Origin: Naegleria gruberi
Lineage: Eukaryota
Direction: 5' to 3' (one strand)
NCBI GenBank assembly: GCA_000004985.1
Contig: GG738978.1
DNA: 15,509 nucleotides
Below, piece by piece: positions 9,301-15,509 of this stretch. Within the stretch, counting starts at the first letter, position 1. Every line of letters starts with the position of its first letter. The notes below the pieces were generated by a model. That model had not been told where the DNA came from, ran no database searches, and saw only the letters and a list, made by a program, of their open reading frames with translations. The position numbers and the translations under genes are program-made.

Positions 9301-9816
9301 ACACACTATTCCAATCCATTGGATTCTCAATGTGTAACCCAATATTTCATTGAAGAGGATTCCACCAATAGCAGTGGCAACCAAGACGAGGAAGAATTCT
9401 TTAAAAATCCACTCTATGAGAGAAATTCCACATTGTACTTTAAGAAGAGAATTAAGGATCGTCTGGAAATTCTGCCAGAACTCAGAAAGAAACATTTATT
9501 CAATTCTCTCTACAAAATTGCCTCAGCAACCTCAAAAACTGAAGATTTTGAAAAGAATTTCCAACACGAAGCCATGTTAGAAAGCTCAAACTTCAAATAC
9601 CATTATCATTTACAAAAACCAAGTGAGAAATCTCCGAGAGTTCTTTCAAGACTTTCCAAATTTAAACAAAAATTTACAGTGCAAACTAGTGAAAATGATG
9701 GAGATGATCATTTTGAGATGAATGTTTTGGATCAGAAATTGAGACAGTGTGTTCATATTTTGAATACTTTTATTTTCAATTCAGATAATGAAATGAAACT
9801 TTCTTCTGAGGAATAA
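6307..9816 (+). CDS. DENN-domain protein of the DENND6/AVL9 subfamily (putative Rab GEF) with a ~700-aa lineage-specific C-terminal extension
   Basis: 1169-aa uninterrupted ORF. The N-terminus MDIFCVCIAEFDLLKGNTLSHVYPPE matches the uDENN start of DENND6/FAM116 (…[21 protein letters not shown]…) and AVL9 (…VVGFHHKKGCQVEFSYPP). The later block TMLVCWNALLLDKRIMVIGSPAKLVSQICLTLPLLIYPFQY matches the cDENN core of the same family (…LWELVLLGEPLVVMAPSP…ALV.CISPLKY). The remaining C-terminal ~700 aa is Asn/Ser/Tyr-rich and predicted helical, with no assignable domain. Confidence 0.75.
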   Translation: MDIFCVCIAEFDLLKGNTLSHVYPPERRTILNTFTSHLGDYCLPDGAHYFEEDATYLVIPSNVVSSSLYSYLKSGASSNNVSSVSNSENSSVVNNTQQVMEFIEPYVDKPMYAHCLFRNKKDERVKRGAIQKSIILFSSKPLFTVYENLLRLALNRILDLDNIHLQVNATATKKQPGEELNETDLNLLNQVHDQINDTLKEFYNECRNCNMLQLKLFPNTDTITLNIPRQIDPFTPIAFTHGTSLVQLVQYFGLETMLVCWNALLLDKRIMVIGSPAKLVSQICLTLPLLIYPFQYNVNRVHPYVPLSEMDDVLSATSKIPEYIIGTTNALFETQGKNQRTQWWDVCLSVNSRKVQLAEKMPPHFGGSDLAFLNTNDSEDVQIEKLNAYQKVFMLNVISGVRDGKSEQWVRDQFKTHNLKFITELLTKGKLTDIVENVPSDVGVDPQKQQVALKNISGGQLKKIQRQFIAESSKFRTYAFKQYSTFRSSHCSGDKSDDKQSESVLQLLQYLQDDRIIKKQKLKYLFDLDKMLCNVDQIDLLLSVSDNSSIFTTIKNNKWLIDDNNQWRKYSASILSQLAISVKGQIQLLSLLPSIKLLTEDSMPNVKRIGYYCIMKVSNLYIGTYAILRNHHDIIEKILDNILNESVTDANFYEIRMYSIQTLLQICHYFDYFKQSINVIMTDKVNNNMIEDDDAYAKIVSVSVDNSMISSIVEKLEGFKTKIAGSFSYSSISNNSVAKRSLNDYKFIDKLLILYDYYELYNNYHILTESALKYNMNVFYYLRNFDNSQANSSFTEMYHHISSIIMNIKNDLKKSSSVQQSEGEDSSDPQTHINEFHHHHMSVYLLALLQSTNLINIIFNEFILNVNHIKTYKNYKMLYMVMQLLYYVIDTNVGMYYLLISNYIEYCLTFIKYFSILKNNDPEESSEGNLNFRLFKCYSFIMFLKRLCKYKKAACRLIESNALHILGQFIITHYYNPLLSNLTYAAIDVFQDLSVFYFTHYSNPLDSQCVTQYFIEEDSTNSSGNQDEEEFFKNPLYERNSTLYFKKRIKDRLEILPELRKKHLFNSLYKIASATSKTEDFEKNFQHEAMLESSNFKYHYHLQKPSEKSPRVLSRLSKFKQKFTVQTSENDGDDHFEMNVLDQKLRQCVHILNTFIFNSDNEMKLSSEE

Positions 9817-9973
9817 AAATTATATTCGAAAGTATATCATGTTATGGAAATGTAATGTTTGGAAAGTAGTGGAGGAGTAATAGAAATATATTTTGGTAAA
9901 TTTGCAAATTTGTTAACAATTGACAATCTGTTATTTGTGTGGAATTTGTTTGCATGTCAGTAGCATTAGAATT

Positions 9974-12696
9974 NNNNNNNNNNNNNNNNNNNNNNNNNNN
10001 NNNNNNNNNNNNNNNNNNNNNNNNNNNNNNNNNNNNNNNNNNNNNNNNNNNNNNNNNNNNNNNNNNNNNNNNNNNNNNNNNNNNNNNNNNNNNNNNNNNN
10101 NNNNNNNNNNNNNNNNNNNNNNNNNNNNNNNNNNNNNNNNNNNNNNNNNNNNNNNNNNNNNNNNNNNNNNNNNNNNNNNNNNNNNNNNNNNNNNNNNNNN
10201 NNNNNNNNNNNNNNNNNNNNNNNNNNNNNNNNNNNNNNNNNNNNNNNNNNNNNNNNNNNNNNNNNNNNNNNNNNNNNNNNNNNNNNNNNNNNNNNNNNNN
10301 NNNNNNNNNNNNNNNNNNNNNNNNNNNNNNNNNNNNNNNNNNNNNNNNNNNNNNNNNNNNNNNNNNNNNNNNNNNNNNNNNNNNNNNNNNNNNNNNNNNN
10401 NNNNNNNNNNNNNNNNNNNNNNNNNNNNNNNNNNNNNNNNNNNNNNNNNNNNNNNNNNNNNNNNNNNNNNNNNNNNNNNNNNNNNNNNNNNNNNNNNNNN
10501 NNNNNNNNNNNNNNNNNNNNNNNNNNNNNNNNNNNNNNNNNNNNNNNNNNNNNNNNNNNNNNNNNNNNNNNNNNNNNNNNNNNNNNNNNNNNNNNNNNNN
10601 NNNNNNNNNNNNNNNNNNNNNNNNNNNNNNNNNNNNNNNNNNNNNNNNNNNNNNNNNNNNNNNNNNNNNNNNNNNNNNNNNNNNNNNNNNNNNNNNNNNN
10701 NNNNNNNNNNNNNNNNNNNNNNNNNNNNNNNNNNNNNNNNNNNNNNNNNNNNNNNNNNNNNNNNNNNNNNNNNNNNNNNNNNNNNNNNNNNNNNNNNNNN
10801 NNNNNNNNNNNNNNNNNNNNNNNNNNNNNNNNNNNNNNNNNNNNNNNNNNNNNNNNNNNNNNNNNNNNNNNNNNNNNNNNNNNNNNNNNNNNNNNNNNNN
10901 NNNNNNNNNNNNNNNNNNNNNNNNNNNNNNNNNNNNNNNNNNNNNNNNNNNNNNNNNNNNNNNNNNNNNNNNNNNNNNNNNNNNNNNNNNNNNNNNNNNN
11001 NNNNNNNNNNNNNNNNNNNNNNNNNNNNNNNNNNNNNNNNNNNNNNNNNNNNNNNNNNNNNNNNNNNNNNNNNNNNNNNNNNNNNNNNNNNNNNNNNNNN
11101 NNNNNNNNNNNNNNNNNNNNNNNNNNNNNNNNNNNNNNNNNNNNNNNNNNNNNNNNNNNNNNNNNNNNNNNNNNNNNNNNNNNNNNNNNNNNNNNNNNNN
11201 NNNNNNNNNNNNNNNNNNNNNNNNNNNNNNNNNNNNNNNNNNNNNNNNNNNNNNNNNNNNNNNNNNNNNNNNNNNNNNNNNNNNNNNNNNNNNNNNNNNN
11301 NNNNNNNNNNNNNNNNNNNNNNNNNNNNNNNNNNNNNNNNNNNNNNNNNNNNNNNNNNNNNNNNNNNNNNNNNNNNNNNNNNNNNNNNNNNNNNNNNNNN
11401 NNNNNNNNNNNNNNNNNNNNNNNNNNNNNNNNNNNNNNNNNNNNNNNNNNNNNNNNNNNNNNNNNNNNNNNNNNNNNNNNNNNNNNNNNNNNNNNNNNNN
11501 NNNNNNNNNNNNNNNNNNNNNNNNNNNNNNNNNNNNNNNNNNNNNNNNNNNNNNNNNNNNNNNNNNNNNNNNNNNNNNNNNNNNNNNNNNNNNNNNNNNN
11601 NNNNNNNNNNNNNNNNNNNNNNNNNNNNNNNNNNNNNNNNNNNNNNNNNNNNNNNNNNNNNNNNNNNNNNNNNNNNNNNNNNNNNNNNNNNNNNNNNNNN
11701 NNNNNNNNNNNNNNNNNNNNNNNNNNNNNNNNNNNNNNNNNNNNNNNNNNNNNNNNNNNNNNNNNNNNNNNNNNNNNNNNNNNNNNNNNNNNNNNNNNNN
11801 NNNNNNNNNNNNNNNNNNNNNNNNNNNNNNNNNNNNNNNNNNNNNNNNNNNNNNNNNNNNNNNNNNNNNNNNNNNNNNNNNNNNNNNNNNNNNNNNNNNN
11901 NNNNNNNNNNNNNNNNNNNNNNNNNNNNNNNNNNNNNNNNNNNNNNNNNNNNNNNNNNNNNNNNNNNNNNNNNNNNNNNNNNNNNNNNNNNNNNNNNNNN
12001 NNNNNNNNNNNNNNNNNNNNNNNNNNNNNNNNNNNNNNNNNNNNNNNNNNNNNNNNNNNNNNNNNNNNNNNNNNNNNNNNNNNNNNNNNNNNNNNNNNNN
12101 NNNNNNNNNNNNNNNNNNNNNNNNNNNNNNNNNNNNNNNNNNNNNNNNNNNNNNNNNNNNNNNNNNNNNNNNNNNNNNNNNNNNNNNNNNNNNNNNNNNN
12201 NNNNNNNNNNNNNNNNNNNNNNNNNNNNNNNNNNNNNNNNNNNNNNNNNNNNNNNNNNNNNNNNNNNNNNNNNNNNNNNNNNNNNNNNNNNNNNNNNNNN
12301 NNNNNNNNNNNNNNNNNNNNNNNNNNNNNNNNNNNNNNNNNNNNNNNNNNNNNNNNNNNNNNNNNNNNNNNNNNNNNNNNNNNNNNNNNNNNNNNNNNNN
12401 NNNNNNNNNNNNNNNNNNNNNNNNNNNNNNNNNNNNNNNNNNNNNNNNNNNNNNNNNNNNNNNNNNNNNNNNNNNNNNNNNNNNNNNNNNNNNNNNNNNN
12501 NNNNNNNNNNNNNNNNNNNNNNNNNNNNNNNNNNNNNNNNNNNNNNNNNNNNNNNNNNNNNNNNNNNNNNNNNNNNNNNNNNNNNNNNNNNNNNNNNNNN
12601 NNNNNNNNNNNNNNNNNNNNNNNNNNNNNNNNNNNNNNNNNNNNNNNNNNNNNNNNNNNNNNNNNNNNNNNNNNNNNNNNNNNNNNNNNNNNNNNN
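9974..12696. other. Run of 2723 N (unresolved/hard-masked sequence)
   Basis: Uninterrupted n characters. ORFs spanning it (9920-12730, 9939-12707, 9931-12747) are artefacts, apart from their real non-N ends. The right edge abuts copy A of the tandem family. Confidence 0.99.
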
Positions 12697-13310
12697 TCGA
12701 TTTTTGAAATTATTTCTGTTTTCTCCTTGATCTAATTGTGCACACATAACTGCAGAAGGAATAGATTTAATTGTTGATGGTTGTGGAGAGAGTTTGAAGT
12801 TTCGTCTAGTTGGGGATCATTTCGAATGGTTTCTAATGATTGAACAAGTGGAATTGGCTCTTGGTTTTGATATGATACGTTGCTGATCTTTGGTGGAGAG
12901 GAGCTGACTTGTTTAGTTACAATTAATTGCTCATTTTCGAATGATTTAATGTCATCAATGCGAAAGACTGAAGTTTCGTCTTTTTCTCTATCCAAAACAA
13001 AGTAATTCTTCAATAATTCATCATTGCATAATTGTTTCCTGAGTTCGTGCTTGGCAGACTTTACTTTCTTCTTGTTTATTCTATTCAATGTTTTACTAGT
13101 TTCGTCTGTGAACATTAGTTTCGGATTCTTTCCATTATTCATCATGGAATCTTTTTGGTATTTTATTTGATCACGTAATTTGAGATTTTTGCTTCTGAAC
13201 CTGTCAACAATTCAGCAAGGACTTTAGCACCACTTTCTATCAAGAAATTTCCAACAGAAAGAGTTGTATAGTTGACAGATATCAAAATTAAGGCACCTGA
13301 CATGTGTCAT
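12697..13310 (-). repeat. Duplicated genomic unit, copy A (ORF plus ~35 bp 3' flank and ~165 bp 5' flank), homologous to 14376-14890 and partly to 15202-15420
   Basis: Nucleotide-level similarity runs through the coding region and beyond it. One 5'-flank example is ctgaattgttgacaggttcag...aaaatctcaaattacg in A versus ctgatgatgacaggtctgtac...aaaaactctcaaacca in B. The 3' flank gaaattatttctgttttctccttgatctaattgtgcacacataactg is shared with copy C. The unit boundary on the low-coordinate side is hidden by the N-run. Confidence 0.5.
12732..13145 (-). CDS. Small hypothetical protein, copy A of a tandem lineage-specific family (basic conserved N-terminal ~70-aa domain plus variable Q/N/P-rich tail); probably C-terminally truncated by a frameshift
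   Basis: 137-aa minus-strand ORF MMNNGKNPKLMFTDETSKTLNRINKKKVKSAKHELRKQLCNDELLKNYFVLDREKDETSVFRIDDIKSFENEQLIVTKQ.... Its first ~75 residues are ~70% identical to the ORF at 14376-14825, and the end matches the 3' fragment at 15202-15420. The DNA homology extends beyond the ORF into both flanks. No recognisable domain; the K/R-rich segment suggests nucleic-acid binding. Confidence 0.45.
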   Translation of the reverse strand: MMNNGKNPKLMFTDETSKTLNRINKKKVKSAKHELRKQLCNDELLKNYFVLDREKDETSVFRIDDIKSFENEQLIVTKQVSSSPPKISNVSYQNQEPIPLVQSLETIRNDPQLDETSNSLHNHQQLNLFLLQLCVHN

Positions 13311-14375
13311 GAGAGGAAGATAAGGTTGAATAAAAACGAAACATGTTAAATTTAGTTTATTTCTTTTTTGTTTATTTCTCGTAGAAGCTCCTCTTCTTTG
13401 CAGACCTCTATTTTCTCCATTACTCTTTAAGGAAATAATTAGTGACTTTCTTTTTAGAAACAAGAGTTTCGGATATCAAAATATTAATAATAATACCTTT
13501 TCATTAAATAGGCAATCCACATTTTCCAAAAACACTTTAATCATGTAGAAAAGGGAGAATTCATTTATAGACTTTTCAGTCGAAATTTACCATTTGTTGA
13601 TTTGTAATTATTCGAAAATGATTTATTTCAGAAATGATGAGTATCCTTTGTTATATTTCACTGAATAGTTTTTCAGAAAAAGTTTTCCACTATCACTCAC
13701 TACATGTGTTGAAACACATTGTTGAACAAAGTTCTGAGTTATTTTTAATACTCTTCAATTCCACTTAATAATGCTTTCATTTACAATTATTGTACATTAA
13801 AATTGTGTTTGTTGATGAATTGATGTAAATTCTTGCCAGGTTTGATGTGACAGACTGATTCGGTCTGGTTGACAATACATGAACACACTACTAGCTGTTG
13901 ATTGTTGATCCTCTAGATTCAATCTATTTGATTGTGGTATTAAAATGTTACATGACCACACCTTTTTTTGACACACATGTACATGTAGCTGTTGTGTGCA
14001 TGTTCAGCAATTTAACAAATATGATAACAATTGAAGCATGCTATATCTCTTTCGAAACCTCCACTATTAACTTTCTTCTAACAACATTATTCCGGTGCTA
14101 CATGTAAGCACACATGGTCAGCATGTTATTTCTTTTTTGTTTGAACGTATTGGAAGTCTACATGTTGTAACCTCAACAACATGATGACTTTCTAATATTT
14201 CAATTTCACCAAAAGCAGTGAAATGACTCATTTTAAGCAGGCAAATTGCTTTTAAACGATCTAATGAATTTGTAACAGTGGTATTATTCAAGATTAGTTT
14301 GCCTAAATCTGCCTTCTTCGCGTAATTGACTGGCCGAAAGTCATGGATCCATTTACAAATCTCCAACTTGCAGAT

Positions 14376-14825
14376 TTATTGAAAGCAACTTCTTTTTTGC
14401 CCTTCTTGTTGGTGAATGAGTGCACAACACAATTGTAGAAGGAATTGGTTCATTTCTTGTTGGTTGTGGATGGTGTTTATAATTTCGTCTGGTTGTGGAT
14501 CATTTCGAATGATTTCAGATACTTGTACTGGTGGATTTGGTTCATGGTGATGAGTTGATTGGACGTTAGTGACCATTGAGTGTTTAGTCACAATTACTTG
14601 CTCATTTTCTAATGGTGTGTTTTCAATTCGAAAGACAACAGTTTCGTCCTTTTCAGGGTTCAAAACAAAGTAATTCTTTAATAAATCATCATTACACAAC
14701 TGTTTTCTCAATTCATGTTTGGCAGATATCTTTTCCTTCTTCTTATGTATTCTATTCAATGTTTTACAAGTTTCGTCCATAAACTTTATAACTTTCTCCT
14801 TCTTTCTAATATTCGAATTTTTCAT
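14376..14825 (-). CDS. Small hypothetical protein, copy B of the same tandem family
   Basis: 149-aa minus-strand ORF MKNSNIRKKEKVIKFMDETCKTLNRIHKKKEKISAKHELRKQLCNDDLLKNYFVLNPEKDETVVFRIENTPLENEQVIVTKH...NQFLLQLCCALIHQQEGQKRSCFQ. It aligns residue-for-residue with copy A over the conserved domain, with one codon indel. The stop TAA at 14376-14378 is followed in the same frame by 85 more open codons (14118-14375). Confidence 0.45.
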   Translation of the reverse strand: MKNSNIRKKEKVIKFMDETCKTLNRIHKKKEKISAKHELRKQLCNDDLLKNYFVLNPEKDETVVFRIENTPLENEQVIVTKHSMVTNVQSTHHHEPNPPVQVSEIIRNDPQPDEIINTIHNQQEMNQFLLQLCCALIHQQEGQKRSCFQ

Positions 14826-14890
14826 TGGTTTGAGAGTTTTTTATTTTAATTTGTACAGACCTGTCATCATCAGTACGTATGTGAAGCATG
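14376..14890 (-). repeat. Duplicated genomic unit, copy B
   Basis: Homologous to 12732-13310 in both the coding region and the 5' flank (see copy A). About 70% nucleotide identity with multiple indels, so this is an old duplication rather than a recent mobile-element copy. Confidence 0.5.
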
Positions 14891-15201
14891 AACAATTATA
14901 ATTTGTAACTTCTAATCTGAGAATTTGAGATTATAGAGTTGAATTTGGCAATTAATTTTGTCCTTTTCAGAGCATCAAATTGAAGTGTTTACATGGGTGA
15001 TACAATGACATCTAACTGAAGTGTTTGACGTGTTTGTGAAATGAAGTTTATTCGAAATTAAACGTAATTTTCTAATTGTTCCATTCAGGATCAAGTCAAA
15101 TTTGATTCTTGTTCATTGACTACGGTCCTTTTCATTGATGTTCACTAATCTTAATTTAGATGCCAATTTGAAAAGGCAAGTAAATGTTCTAAAACTATTG
15201 T

Positions 15202-15420
15202 TTATTGGATGGAGATGATAGCTCTTGGCCAGTTTCGTAAACTCGTCTTGGAAACGAAAAATCTTAAAGATTCAGAGAAATTATTTCTGTTTTCTCCTTG
15301 CTCTAATTGTGCACAACATAACTGTGGAAGGAATAGATTGAATTGTTGGTTGTGGAGAGAGAGTTTGAAGTTTTGTCGAGTTGGGGATCATTTCTAAGTT
15401 GCCGATCTTTGGTGGAGAAA
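15202..15420 (-). pseudogene. Copy C: 3'-terminal fragment of a third paralog of the tandem family (5' part absent or diverged; may continue beyond the window end)
   Basis: Reverse-complement translation gives ...LRNDPQLDKTSNSL...QQFNLFLPQLCCAQLEQGENRNNFSESLRFFVSKTSLRNWPRAIISIQ*. This parallels the copy A tail (IRNDPQLDETSNSLHNHQQLNLFLLQLCVHN) and the copy B tail (…QFLLQLCCALIHQQEGQKRS…). The nucleotide match to 12707-12900 runs from gaaattatttctgttttctccttg through gttgc(c/t)gatctttggtggaga, with an internal ~55-bp deletion relative to copy A. Beyond 15421 the similarity to copies A and B is lost. Confidence 0.4.
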
Positions 15421-15509
15421 TCGATAAAATAATAGAGAAACAATAAAGAGATTGAATAAATTGAGAGTTTATGAAAGCATAAATATGTGGGTGCCGTAGC
15501 TTTGTGGCA

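Noticed and set aside
7246-9580. Short ORFs inside the DENN gene (7246-7452, 7712-7987, 9001-9198, 9241-9495, 9350-9580)
   Set aside because: They are nested alternative-frame or antisense ORFs within a continuous 1169-aa gene with a family match. No independent support.
9920-12747. Long ORFs (936, 938 and 922 aa) spanning the second N-run
   Set aside because: Same artefact. The real non-N ends are explained as antisense of the copy A 3' flank (…RFLKLFLFSP) or as the frameshifted continuation of copy A (MCAQLDQGENRNNF…), which is discussed as a finding rather than annotated as a CDS.
13151-13310. Possible upstream mini-exon plus 50-55-nt GT..AG intron 5' of copies A and B (conserved GACAG|GT junction; both splices would be in frame)
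   Set aside because: The candidate donors (GTTCAG, GTCTGT) do not match the strong dictyostelid GTAAGT consensus, and the introns would be unusually short. The putative upstream exons differ by a ~75-nt indel between copies A and B, so no protein sequence is conserved. The homology is better explained as duplicated 5' UTR or promoter DNA. RNA-seq could revisit this.
13224-13463. 79-aa minus-strand ORF upstream of copy A
   Set aside because: It is a basic, low-complexity translation that overlaps the copy A 5' flank homology region in a frame not conserved in copy B. Likely non-coding.
14118-14366. 82-aa ORF (MEICKWIHDF…) listed as an independent minus-strand ORF
   Set aside because: Its 'start' is a TTG, and it lies in the same frame directly after the copy B stop codon. 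It is better interpreted as a post-stop extension of copy B (see findings) than as a separate gene.
13898-14901. Short plus-strand ORFs 13898-14107 and 14719-14901
   Set aside because: The first lies in the palindrome-rich spacer and has a hydrophobic, low-complexity translation. The second is antisense to copy B. Neither has conservation or family resemblance.
15209-15397. 62-aa plus-strand ORF (MEMIALGQFRKLVLETKNLK…)
   Set aside because: It is antisense to the copy C fragment. The minus-strand reading is the one homologous to copies A and B.
1-15509. Prokaryotic-style features (operons, Shine-Dalgarno sites, CRISPR arrays, defence islands)
   Set aside because: The sequence is clearly eukaryotic: nuclear-type tRNA with a T-run terminator, AT-rich intergenic DNA with A-runs before ATGs, low-complexity eukaryotic protein linkers, and NIP7 and DENN genes. 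There are no direct-repeat and spacer arrays of CRISPR type.

Overview
The window is eukaryotic and looks dictyostelid (social-amoeba-like). It is AT-rich with compact, apparently intron-free genes, Thr/Pro/Gln/Asn low-complexity linkers, and a tRNA gene with no encoded CCA followed by a T6 Pol III terminator. Two long N-runs (4158-5959 and 9974-12696) are unreadable; they are probably hard-masked repeats or assembly gaps.

Supported genes, left to right:
- 1-525 (+): the 3' end of a multi-pass membrane protein (receptor-like); the gene starts outside the window.
- 730-1269 (-): a NIP7 ribosome-biogenesis homolog.
- 1667-3109 (+): a secreted M20-family zinc peptidase (ArgE/DapE/ACY1-like).
- 3263-4039 (+): a small ubiquitin-like plus UBA protein.
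- 6005-6085 (+): a class II tRNA-Ser(GCU). The first N-run ends 45 bp upstream of it, which is the dictyostelid TRE5/DGLT-A insertion geometry.
- 6307-9816 (+): a 1169-aa protein with a DENND6/AVL9-type DENN module and a long lineage-specific tail.
- 12697-15420 (-): a diverged tandem array of three copies (A, B, and a 3' fragment C) of a small gene I cannot place. Their homology includes flanking DNA. Copy A is frameshifted relative to B and C, and copy B has a single in-frame TAA followed by 85 open codons.

There are no prokaryotic features (operons, RBS, CRISPR). The most novel material is the tandem family and its decay pattern, and the tRNA with its flanking masked elements.
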